A stretch of DNA of 64,000 nt, taken from the NCBI GenBank assembly GCA_048013815.1, contig CM106586.1:7192001-7256000 (forward strand), written 5' to 3'. Numbering within the stretch: position 1 is the stretch's first letter; every line of letters begins with the position of its first letter. Under the pieces are notes generated by a model, which saw only the letters and a program-made list of their open reading frames with translations, was not told where the DNA came from and did no database searches. This stretch comes from Setoptus koraiensis (lineage: Eukaryota > Animalia > Arthropoda). Both the position numbers and the translations under genes were made by a program. Of this stretch, positions 24,651 to 37,170 are shown piece by piece.

Positions 24651-27023
24651 ACCCAATGCAACAACAACAACAACAAATGACAAATTGTGCTGCCCACTGA
24701 CAGCCAGCTGATTGGCAACGGCTGTCAGTGGGCAGTGCGCACAGTGCGCTCACAATTGTCAGTGCGTCAGCCGGTCAGCAGTGTGACCCGGCCGGCCGGC
24801 AAGGGTTGAAGGTCAGCTGACAGATGACAGTTGCGAGCATGGCCCAACAGGTTAATTCGCGCAGTCAATACGGTGTTACCTGTACCAGTGGCAGAACAGG
24901 TGCACCGCACACTGTAATACAGTGACTGTATGCAGCCTGCCTAACGACAGGTGCACAAACAACGTCAAAACGGTGACTACTTGTTGATTTGTTGCAATTG
25001 ACTGCTGCTAGTTTGTCGCAATTGACTGTTGCTAGTTAGTCGGTTGCGTCAGTGGGCGCTCGGGCACAGATCAGTGAACTGGACACGGTGCAAATTAGGC
25101 TGCACCGATGCCACACTTGATAGTGCACCTACAGCGATATTGCGGCACATAGTGGTCAGTATGGGCAGTAGTATGGTTGCACTGTTGATTGGTGTCGTTT
25201 ATTTTTGACTCTCGTAACGCCGCGTTGTTGCTATTTTGGCGCCCTTATCTCGCCAGCCGGCCAGCCGAGAATGACTGATGCACCGGCTGATATACTGCAC
25301 TACTGTTCGGGCCGACTGCTGTTGTTTCAACAGGTAACTGTCAAATGCTGATGCTCAGCTCGTCATGTGATTGCGCGGCGCCAGTGCATTAAGAGCTCTT
25401 AATGCAGGCGCCAGGCCGACCAAACGACTGGCCAAAATGAATGAGATTAGCAGCGATTTATCTTGTTTATGTAACACACATTTATTTATCAAAATCATCA
25501 AAAGGCCGCTGCTCGTTTGGGCCGCAACTCGTTGTGTTTTGACTCCGTCCGTTTGACGTTTGCTGCCCGTTTGACGTTTGCCGGTTGTCGGTCGCCTGGC
25601 GCCGGTCGATCGCTGCAATGACGTTGCGCCCGGCAGTTTGCAAATGCCGGCCAGCAGCAACAACGACAAACGCTGCCGGCCAGCCGATGCCTACCCGTCC
25701 CGTCCCGGCCTGTGCCGTCCGCGCGCCGCCGATGCGCGCACTGGCGGATCATTAGCGGAGCCGATGTCGAGCTCATTATCATCATGTTATTATTATCATG
25801 TGCGTTGGGCAACCAACTCAAAACTGCGAGATTGTTGCCCAACTGGCCAACCGACCGATGCCGTTGGCCGGCCATCAGCCGGCCATTAGATGGAACTGCC
25901 GGTGGTGACTGATAGTGACCAATTGAGGCAGCTCGACGTTTAATTGCTCGCCGATTTGCCCAGCACCGACTCGCTGAACCGACAGCCAACGATTGGGCAA
26001 CTTGACGAGGAATCTCTACATCTGTGCGCCGCCAAGATGGTATCATATCGCAACCGGCCTCACACTCAGCCGGAGTGTGAGTGACTCCGGCCAGTGGCTG
26101 GCCAGCGGCCCGCTGACGGCGCCCAGCGGACAGTCGCAGCGCGGAGCGTGAGCTGGTCGGGTAATAAAGTGGCCATAATGATCGTCATCCTGTTTCTGGT
26201 CGTCGCGTCGTGAGTGTGCGCAGCCCCGAGTGACCAGCCCCGACTGAGCAGCCCCGACTGAGCAGCCATAGGTGAGTGGCCATAAGTGACGGCCCGATAA
26301 GTGAATAGCGGCTTGTCGGGCCGGTATCTTGCCAGGCAAGTGTGCGTATGAGTGACCGGTGCTTCGCGACTAAGTGTGCAAGTGACCGCTGCTAATAACC
26401 TGAGCGCATAAAGTGAGCGGTGCGAGCGCGGATATCGGCGGGCCACTTGTTGCCACTTGGCCACCGCACTCGAGCGCCGCTCGCCGTCTTGCCGTCTTGC
26501 CAAAATCGACGCCAAGTTAACAAACAACAGGTTAATTGTGCAAGGCGCCACCAGCGCGGCCAATCGACTAGTGAGCCGAGTATCGAAAATTCTAAACGAC
26601 GACACAGGCACACAGTTCACATTGCAAACAACTTGTCTCTGGCGATGTTTGCACTCTCGAAATTGTCTTAGCACACACACTGGCGAGACACTGGCAAAAC
26701 GCTGGCAAACGCTGGCAAACACTGGCGAAACTCTGGCGAAATTCTCGCAAACTCGGGCGAAATTCTCGCAAACTCTGGCAAACTCTGGCAGCCGTAATGA
26801 CGATGCCAATAACAAGTTGGCCAGCCAGCTGATTGGTCGTCGTTGCGTCGTTAGCTAACGAGCGGCCACCAATAACTAACGAACTCATACTTTGCTAGCT
26901 AACTAACTAACTAACTGGTGGTGTGTTTGTGCGAGCGACATTGCACAAAATGCCAGCCGATACCCGCTAAGAGGTATGCGATAACTCACTCATACCTCTC
27001 ATAGTGCCTTGGTGAGAGTCTTA

Positions 27024-27058
<35 letters not shown>
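27024..27058. repeat. Hexanucleotide repeat (CCCGAG)n, ~6 copies
   Basis: Read directly; gives EPEPEP in a spurious ORF. Confidence 0.9.
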
Positions 27059-27259
27059 CTCACACCGTGTGAGTCACTCATACCGCATGACCGTGCGGCC
27101 GGCTCGCGACCCGCAACTCACGGGCCGGTATGCGGCTCGGATATACAGTTGGCATGGTCGCGCCTCGGCCGCACAGCAAGCGAAACCAAATGAATTGCCG
27201 GCCTGCTTCACGAATGGTGCATCCGCTGCGCCCTGCACAAATTGCCCGCCCCGCCCGAC

Positions 27260-27345
27260 GAGCCCGCCAGCTGCCGCCCGGCGAGCCCGTCAGCTGCCGC
27301 CCGGCGAGCCCGTCAGCTGCCGCCCGGCGAGCCCGTCAGCTGCCG
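27260..27345. repeat. Minisatellite, 23-bp unit GAGCCCGTCAGCTGCCGCCCGGC, ~3.7 copies
   Basis: Read directly. Confidence 0.9.
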
Positions 27346-28700
27346 CTCGGTGTGCCCGCCAGCTGCAGCCCGGCATCCAGTCGCTGGCTTGCCGGCCGGC
27401 TCGCTCGCCAGAGCCGGAGCGGTCTTGCCAGCGACTGTCTCGCTCTCAGCACACACGGTACAGTGACTGGCTTGCCATAGTGGGCTTGCCATCGAGAGCT
27501 TGCCATCGAGAGCTTGCCATTGGAGAGCTTGCATCATTGATTGAGTGGATATGGTCTCGACGAGCGACAAGCAACAAGCGACGGCAACAAGCGACGGGCA
27601 ACGAGCGACGGGCAACGAGCGATGGGCAAGGTGGCCAGCGACGAGCGCCAGCCCGTCGTATACGTAATATACGTAACATGGGCGGACGGCGACCGTTGGA
27701 TGTGGCGCGAATATACGCACGCCCGACATCTGATTTAAACATTTGGTGCACGCTGGCTGCGCAGTGGTCTCTGGCTTGTTAAAATCATTCAATTTGTTCA
27801 GCGCCGCACTGCAAACAACAGCACAGCCAACAGCCAACAACAACATCGTACTCGGCAACAGCGACAGCCGACAACCGCCAACAACAGCAACATCACACTC
27901 GGCTACGGCAACGGCAACGGCAACGGCAACAGCAACAACCGACAACCACCAACAACAACTTGCATAGTGGCCATAGCGGCGAGACAGGTAAATCGAGAGC
28001 GAGTGTGCCGTGATTGAAGATAAATTGAGCGTTTCGCCGACTGACCACCTAATGCGACTCAACTTGTGGCGCCCTAGCCAATGGCCGTCGCCGCAGCACG
28101 ATGTCTACGCAACTGGAGGCGACTGAACGCAACTAGACGCAACTAGCGAGCGTGTGTGTATAATAATAATAATAATAACAACAAGGCAGCTTCAGCTGAC
28201 TATAACGAAGGTATGAGTATGACCAATGCAAGTCGCATGATGACCATCATCAGCAGCATCATCATACTCAATTAGCGCTGACAGTAGTGTGTGGCGCCAC
28301 TAATCATCGTCTGGCCGCTTCATCATCGCCTGTATGAGCCAGCATGACCGCCACACTGACCGTTACCTGCCTGCCGTTGCGACGTTGTTAGCCTGCCGGC
28401 CAGGTAGCGAGTTAGCCGTCAGTGCAACAGTTAGCGATTGGCCGAACGAAATTCGCTTCGAGGGAGCTGCCGACAACAGCAACAGCAACGACAGCAGCAG
28501 CAACAACAGCAGCAACAACAGCAACAACAGTAACAACAACAAAGTGGCAACAAAGTCGCTGTGAACAAACACCATGCCACGCTGATAATGTTGACCATGT
28601 TGCAACACAATGTTTGCGCCAAAATAGTTGCGCCAGTGATACTAATTCAGACAACTTGTTGGTGTTACCATTACGCAACACACAAATCCAATTATGAGCG

Positions 28701-28703
<3 letters not shown>

Positions 28704-28761
<58 letters not shown>
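28704..28761. repeat. (AC)n microsatellite, ~29 units
   Basis: Read directly. Confidence 0.98.
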
Positions 28762-28763
<2 letters not shown>

Positions 28764-29430
28764 TGAAGTAAATAATATTTGCTGCAGCTAATACTGAAGT
28801 GCAAATAGTAGATAATCGCATCACACACACGCTGTCAGGCGACCGAAATAGCAAATTAATATCCAGTAATAGTGATACAAACAGTGATACAAACACAGTA
28901 TTAAGGCCAACGGTATCGCGATATCGCAATATCAATATTGAGCCAACGGCAACAGTGTTGAGCCAACAGTATCAAGCCAACAATATTGCACCGATGGTCA
29001 GCTGAGCTGCACGCACCCACTTGTGCCAGTGACCGGCCGACTGACAGTTTGTAACGGTTCAAAACGGTTCAAAACGGTTCAGAACGGTTTATAACGGTGC
29101 AGTGGCAATTATTGCGCACCTTGGGCCGAGCCAGCAAACGTCAGCAGACGGCAAGCGGCAACAACCGTCAGACGGCAACAAACAATCAGTGACATTCAAT
29201 ATCCGCTCACCGGCAGCCAGTGCTCAGTGCATCATGTCGCCTCGCCAATGTCGCCTCGCCAACTAATGTCAATACAAGCACCGATCGGCTAGACAACAAT
29301 GAGTGATTTCTGACAATTCACTCCGCAATTAAGCTGCAATCACTCGGCTGAAATATATATATATTATATACACAAATATTCACGCGTGAATAGCGCGCTC
29401 AAACACACCAACCACCGCACACATCGCACC

Positions 29431-29458
29431 GACCAATCAAACCAATCAGACCAATCAA
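29431..29458 (+). promoter_or_regulatory. Three tandem CCAATCA boxes (possible NF-Y sites) upstream of the candidate neprilysin first exon
   Basis: CCAAT at 29433, 29442 and 29451, about 110-135 bp upstream of ATG 29568; TA-rich tract at ~29352-29370. The 9-bp spacing may only reflect tandem duplication. Confidence 0.3.
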
Positions 29459-29567
29459 AGCCAAAAGCAACAAGCAATAAGTAACAAGCATAAGTGGGCC
29501 TATTTATTCAAACTACAAACCGTTTGCCATCGAAACAAATTACAAACATCGACCAACACACGCCAAT

Positions 29568-32500
29568 ATGTCGTCCAATTGCGCGCCATCTCATCATCAC
29601 ATAACCACCATCGATAATGATCATATGGACGCCAAGTTCAGGTGAGTCGACTATTTACATTGTTAAGCAAAGTGTCGCCAAAGAGTCCCACATCTATCCG
29701 CAGCGTTCATATACGTTCATATTAGTGTGTGAGGGGCTCCGCTGGGGGCCAAATTGTTTGATTACGATTGATGTTGTGCGCGTCGGACACGCCGGCGCCC
29801 CACCGACCCGGCACCGATGGGCGCCTGTGACCGGGCTGCCGGGCCACCGGGCCATCGCGCCGTCGGGCCGTCGGGCCGTCGGGCCGTCGGGCCATCGCGC
29901 CATCGGGCCATCGCAGGAGCCCAGCAGCCGAGCAACGGCGCCAGCGCTAATGGCGCCAACGGCGTGTTGTTTGCGTGTGTTACGTAACAGATTAAACAAC
30001 GACGACAATTGTCGCGCCTCAGATGATTAATGAACGCTAATTGCCGCCCCTGCAGTTCGAGCCCCGCGAAACTGGCCGCCCGAGGCAAATTGCGCCCACC
30101 AACCAGAGGACACGCCAACTGGGGGCCAACCAGAAGCTCAAGTTGCGACCTGTGCAAACTTGCGAATCCGGCAGCCACTGCCGCCTGTCCCGTCGCCAGT
30201 TGCCGCTTGTCCCGTCGCCAGTTGCCCGTCGCGACCGGCCGGCCGGCCGGCCCAGACCGTGGGCCCCGGGTCAAGTATGCGCCCACTGGAACGGGAGATT
30301 CGAGTGATAATTTTCACCGACGACCGCCAGTCACATGCGTTGAGGCGAGCGGGCCCGGCGCGACGCGACGGTTGTGCGGCTCGGTGCCGCTGGTCTCTTG
30401 TCACTGGTGGCGCTGCGTCGGTGCTCGTCGGCCGGTGCGACGGGCCCAGTCGCAGGGAGAGTTATTGTTATTTTGGGAGCGACATGCCATCAGTTTGCAG
30501 CCCGTCAGTGGGGCGGCCTATTAGTTTTCGCTCGGTCTATTAGTTTTTACAACAACAAACTTGCGACTCGAGACTCGGGATTGCCCGTCGTTGCGAATGA
30601 AATAATCGGCGCCGCTCGGTTGTGGGCTGCGATTGGCATGCTCGTGCGATCTTGAGATCCGTACCGCTGTGTGAGCATACGGCGAGACGTCTGACAATCG
30701 CTAGGCGGATAAATAATTGACAAGACAATTAGTGTTCGCGCGCGCAGCGTATGCAAACACTGCGTGCATTAGCGTGTCCGGCACAGAAGTGTCGGGCGCG
30801 CGCCCAGTGGCGGTCGGGGGAGTGTGCAACTTGACAAACAAGCGGCCAAGCAAGCGGGCGGACGACGGATAAGCGGGCGCTCGGACAGGGGATAAACAAA
30901 CGGATAAACGCGACGGATAAACGCGACGGATAAACGCGACTCGCTCTGTTTATGCACTGTGCCACTGGTGGCCGCCTATATGGCGCCCAGCGACGCCGTG
31001 CACAGTGCGCGCTGTGGTGCCCTGCACAGTGAATGTAGTGGTGCCGTGTGTAGTGCGCGTGGCGTATGGCTAGGCGGCGACATTTAGAGCAAGTGGCAGC
31101 GCTAACAAAGATGAATTGTTTTACGTCACATTGATTTGTGATCGGCCGCCAGGCGGGCCGTTTCCCCTGGCACGCCGACACAGTGTGACAGTGGCGCACT
31201 TAATGTTGTTTTGTTGTGCCCTGTCCGTTGTTGTTGTGCCTCATTGTCCGTTATTTGTGCACCGCTCGATTGCACGGTTGTGGGGCACGCTCGAGTCCGA
31301 CTGTGCGCGCAATCTGTGCACATCGGCATTGTTTGTGCGCGCAAACAACAAACAAACGGCATGCCGAGACAATGGCTGCCCGACGGGCAACTTGTAACTG
31401 GCCGCTGGCTGCCAGCGCATTGTGTTACGCAACAGTGACAGTAATTGTTACGTAACATCCACTGGCGCTGGCCGGTGCTGTTGCGTAACAACAGCGACAA
31501 CGACAACGACAACGACACCAACAACAACAACAGCAGCAACGACAGCAACAACGACACCGACAAACACTGACAAACAAATGGTTGTGTGTCAGTGGTAGCG
31601 GGCCGACAAATGGAGAGCGCGCCATTGTTGGGCTGTTTGTTTGTTTGTGTTGGCTCGTCTCGTTATGCTGCCAATATTCAAAACTGGCCGGCGAGCACGG
31701 GCGGCGAGCGGCCGCCAAGTCGCTGTCAAATTGATGCTGTCGCGCTGTTATGTAACGCGCTGTTATGTAACGCACTGCACAACTGTATCAGTGGGCATGT
31801 GTCAGTTAAATGTCAGTTGGCGGCCGCTCATGATCATGATTTACAACGGCCTTATAACGGGCGCCGCTGTTGTGCAATTGGCCAACGGGCCGGCGGGCGC
31901 AAAACGGCGCCTGTCACACAAGCCGCGCGCACCGTGCCGTCTAACCGTTGCCCGACCGACGGCGACCGTTACCGCTCGCCAACTGGCACAGTGCAGTGGG
32001 GGAGTCTATCACTTAGCTACGGGCACTCGGGCAGCGCCGCAGAGCTGGCCAAAACAACCGCTTGAGTGACAGCTTAAAAGGCGCTAGGTGTCACCAACAG
32101 AGAGACAGAGAGAGTGCACGCCTACTTATCGACTGTCGCGCGAGTCGCCACCCGCGACTGAATAATTGGCCACTCTCACGGCCAATCTCCCTATCAGAAG
32201 CCTCCTATCAGATCGCCTCCCCCGGCCCTGGCGTCCAAATTGCCATTTGGCGCCGGCCGCCACTCGCAGCCGCATCGGCGCTGCCCGCCATTCGCACCCG
32301 CGCTGACCGATGGCCGGTGCCGGTGTCACTCGCCGACAACCGTACGGTAGTGGCCGGCCCGACAGCCGCGCCGCACGCTTGTGTGGGCTGCGTGGGCCGC
32401 CGCTTGACTCAAGCGGCTTGAGTGTGCGTCGCGGCTGGTCGCAGCTCGCGTCCGTCTGTTACGCGCGCCCGCCCAGCGACGGTGCCCACTGGCCGCGCTG

Positions 32501-35500
32501 ATCCGATCCGATCGCACTGATTTTGCAATGATAATGGCCGCTCGATTTGGCAATTGTGCGCAATATGGCACCGTGCGCCCAACTCACTGTGTCGGTATCG
32601 GTCAATCGGTACCGGGCCGCAGTCGGGCAGCGGCCGGCCGGGCAGGCTGCTCGGCAAGCGGCGCGGGCGGCGCAAACAAGCGGGCGAAAAGCGAAAAAAC
32701 TCCGCGCGGAATACATTTAAATAATGTCAAACAACGTTGACATTGTCTCGCTGGCCACTGTTTGCGTGTCCGGCTGACAGTCGCCCGGCTGACGGCCGCT
32801 TGGCTGACGGTGGGCGCCCGACCGACTGTCAGTGGGCGACCGTCGGCGGCCGACGGGCAAATTGATTCAGTTGAGCCGACAATGATGCACTCACTTATGC
32901 CACTTCTCGTCGGCTGCCGGTTCTCGATTTGGTGCTGGCCGCGCCAAACGAGTCGCCAACAGCACCGGTCGCTGTGGGGCCACGCGCGAGTTCTCACTGA
33001 CGCGAACCGAAGCGGGGCGCCCCCACACGACCGACGCGAGCCGCCGAGTGGCGGCCAGCCGAACGACGAGCGGCGGCCAGCCGAACGACGAGTGGCGGCC
33101 AGCCGAATGAAATGAAGCGTCCAGCGCAGTCGAGTTGCATAACAACGGGCGCGCTCATGCAATTAATCACTGCTGGCCAGCGGCCGTCGAACGGTCGCCG
33201 ACGCATTAGCGCGCGGGCCCCACTCTGGGGACCAGAGCACTCTGCGTGCTGGCGTGCGTGGCGCGCTTTTTACAGACTTGCAATCATTTCCGTGTGCCAT
33301 TTTCCAGACACTACAAATATTCTTGTCGGCCCACTCTCGCCGTCTCGCTGCACCGGCGCCCGCTCCGCTCCGCATCGCACATGTATAATGCGCCTCGTTT
33401 ATACACGGGTATACACGGGTATACGCGGATACGCGCGGATATGCGCGGATACACGCCGATATGCGCAGCGGATATATCCGATATCGGATATGTGCGCTGC
33501 GGGTCCCTCGTACAATCGTCACATACACGAGTGTAGACACGAGCGCAGACACGAGCACAGACACGGGTGTAGACACGGTCAGCGAGCGTGGTCACAGGTA
33601 CGGACACGGGTAAATACGCACAACTGGGCAGGTGAGCGAGCGAGCGCCCCCCTGCACAACTCAGCAGTCAATGAACTGGCTAGCGAATCGGTCAGCGAAT
33701 CGGTCAGCGAATTGGCCAGAGTCGCGACAGGTGCATGGGGCCCGTGCGGGGCCGATCATTAGCGCTGACCATTACCCCACCGCCGCTGTCACTCGGCCGG
33801 CGCCCGTGCGCCCGTGCAACCTGTGCGCACCTATACCGTTATACCGGTATGATGCACATTTATCGCGCTCCGCAAAACCGAGTTGCCGCCTGCCGAGCGG
33901 TGAAGCGGCTTGCGTGAAGCGCCCTGTGTAAGGCGACCCCCCCCCCTCCCTCAGAGCGGCGCCCTCACCTATATCGCACCGCGGTCCGGCGTGCGGCAGC
34001 GTGTGGCCGGCGTGACCGTGCTTGCGTCATGCTGGTGCGCTCAGTCCGCCGGGCCAGCCGACGGGCGCGACGCCCCCCGCCTGGCCCCATCACAGCGGCC
34101 GCCACATTATAATGCCACCATCGCCGCTGGTATCACTGCTGGCCGCTGTCAATCGTATGCTTGTTCGCTCATATCGTGCCCGTATCAGCTGACTGTCAGC
34201 CAGCCACTGACAGCTAATTGTTACAAAGTCACTGCGCTCGTTGTGCGCGCCCCAACGACAAACAAGCGCCCCCATGAATGAGCCGCGAGCCACTGATTGA
34301 GGCCAGCGTTGCATTGCTGCGGATTCTCGCCATTACTTGGGCATCGCTCGCCACCACAAACTCGCCCGCTGTTCGTAACTGTTCCGACGCCCATTCCAAA
34401 CCCGCACAGCGACCGACCAAATCACCAATCAGCTGAGCGAACAAAGTCGGGTCAGCGGGCCGATTGTCGGGCCCAGTGATGGCTGGCGCGGCCAGAGACC
34501 GCGCCGTAAGGAACGCGGCGTGGCTGTTCGAATGACCGCGGACGCCGCACAGCCGGTCGTGCGCGCCGGGGGCCTTGAACTGTGCGCCACTAAAAGCAAA
34601 TCCGTGTAGCTAGCTCGCCCGTCGACATATCAAGGCCGACGAAAGAAGAATTGGCCCGCTCTATGCTATGTGCACTGCGAACTGCACGGTGCGGAATCTC
34701 GCCACGCTAGAGCGCGGCAAGCGAGCGAAACGAGCCACTGCAACATGCATAAGATGCTGTCCGCATCTTTGTTCGCGACGACTTGCCAGACCCTTCGAAG
34801 GGCCCCAATTCGCCGGCGCTCCGAGCGCGACACCCGCCGAAAACTGGTCGGCGAAAAGAAGGCGCCAGAGCGAGATGAAAATTGATTGAGACGCGCGCCC
34901 GCCCACTGACAACGCGGCATCGACAGGGCGCCATCGACAATGCGCCATTGACAGGCGGCTTTAAATCTTGATTAACTGCCGTCGGACGGGCGCCTCCACT
35001 GTGCAGTTCGAACCGCGCACAGTCGAACGCTCGAGCACCTCGCAGTCGCCAAGTATTCGAGAGCGACAGCGGCCGCAATTTCGACCGGGGCCCCAACGAC
35101 GGCATCGGTGGGCGCGAACCGCGCACGAAATGTCGCAGCGCGCTCGAGTGGCACAGAGAAAGCGAGATGTCAGAGCACGAGTGGCGCAGGGAAAGCGAGA
35201 TGTCAGAGCACGAGCGGCGCAGGGAAAGCGAGATGTCAGAGCACGAGCGGCGCAGGGAAAGCGAGATGTCAGAGCACGAGTGGCGCAGGGAAAGCGAGTC
35301 GTCAGAGCACGAGCGGCACAGGGAGAGCGAGATGGATGGGGGCCACTTTTTATTCTCGTGTTTTCACCGTTAATTTTATTGTCAGTGCTGGCAACTAGTT
35401 GTAGAGGTGCGACTAGACTCTAATGTGCAATATCGAGCGTCGGCCGCATTGCGCAACGTTATGCAAATACAACGCGGCGTAACGTTGCTCAGTGTGGCCG

Positions 35501-37139
35501 ATGTGTCACAATAATAATACATTATGTAATGCCGACGGTCGGCGCGGGATTGCGACGGCCGGCGCGGGATTGCAACCGCCGGCGAGCGATCAATAGTTTT
35601 GAAACAGGTTGCTGGTTTTGAAACTGGGCGCGTCCAGGCAGCCGGCGGGCGCGCCACCGGCGGCTGCGGCACCGGCCGCGGAACCGGCCGACACCAGTTC
35701 CGACAGACAGCGCGCCACCGGGCCCAAAATGGGTATTGCACTGTGGGCGTACTTGTGCGTTGCGCTGCTGGGCGTGATTTGTTGCTGTTCCGGTGTCAGA
35801 CCGGTCAAATTGCCGGCCTGCTCCAGTTGAAGGCCAATGGTCAATTGGTGGCCGTTGGCTGCTGTTGTGGTCGTTGTGGGCGACCCGGCGCGACTACTGT
35901 CAGAACCCCGGCAACTGTCCGACGAGGAGCACGAGGTGGACGAAATAGTGTAGTGATCAGTGTTCAATTTGCCCAGTGCCTGCTTGCCGTTTCCGGTTGC
36001 CGCATCCGGTTTGCCGGTGCCGGCGCTGGTGCTACTGGTGACGGGCTTGAACGCCGTTGCCGCGCCGCTGTGTTTTCCGGTTGCGTCTGTGATGTGCAGA
36101 GCCGAGGCCTGCTCATTGATGGCCTGAATGTTTTTCTTTTTGATCTTCATCATCTTCTTCAGCATCTTGCGCTTCATTCGCTGCTTCTCGAGCCGGATAA
36201 TTTTGGAGGCCGTGGACTCGTCCTCTTGGATCTGTTCGCCCTTGTGACCGCTGTGATGATACTTGTTACTGTGGCTGTTGTGAGCGGCGCTGCTGCTGTT
36301 GTAGCTGATCACGCCATTGGTGCCCGGGGCGCCGTTGGGCACGCACGACGAGCTCGGCATCGACGACGAGGGCGTCGACGAGGACGACGATTTTGTTCTT
36401 GGCACCCACGACATTTTGTTCTCTTTCTTGAGGCGGCGGCGCGCGTTCGCGAACCACGTGCTCACCTGTGTCAGTGTCATCTTGGTTATGATGGCCAGCA
36501 TTATCTTTTCACCTTTGGTGGGGTACGGATTGCAGCGGTGCTCGTCTATCCACGACTTGAGCGTTATGGTAGATTCACGTGTTGCGTTCTTGCGCCTGTG
36601 CGAGCCCAGCACCGTCGTCGGCCTCTTGCTCTGGCCGCCCGGCCCGTGCTGACCGTGCTGCCCGTGCTGACCGGTCCGGCCGAGGGCGTGATTGGTGCTA
36701 TTGTTACTGTTGGCAATGTTGTTGTTGTTGGTGTTGGTGTGCCGCGACTGCTGCGCCGGGTGCGCTTGGCCCGCCACGCCGCTCGCCAGCAGCGCTCGGT
36801 CGTCGGGCGCCGGGTCGCCGTGACGCGCCAAATGGCCGCTGTCTGGTTGCTGCTGCTGCTGGTTGCCGGCCGGGCCCAGCATCGCTTGCTGGTGCAACTG
36901 CGACCCGATGCGCCGCTCGGCGCCGCTGAGGCCGGACGCTTGCAACGCGTGAGCGCCGCCGGCGCCGCTCAAGTTGCCGTAGCCGGCCGCTTGGGCCGGC
37001 GAGCCCGGCCCGGGGCACTGTTGTTGTTGGTGGTGCGTTTGTTGACTGGCCAAACAATGTTGCTGTAACAGGTGCTGCTGCTGGTCAGCGTGATGATGCA
37101 ACGCGTGCTGATGCTGTTGTTGCGATTGTTGTTGTTGTT

Positions 37140-37170
<31 letters not shown>

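Noticed and set aside
26972-26998. Inverted repeat GAGGTATG...CATACCTC
   Set aside because: Only an 8-bp stem; no match to a known ncRNA.
10300-35500. About 200 short ORFs in all six frames
   Set aside because: Expected from high GC content and tandem repeats; R/A/P/C-rich with no recognisable domains.
35599-37068. 489-aa plus-strand ORF antisense to Iroquois
   Set aside because: Mirror of GC-rich, low-complexity Irx codons with a non-ATG start; no independent evidence.
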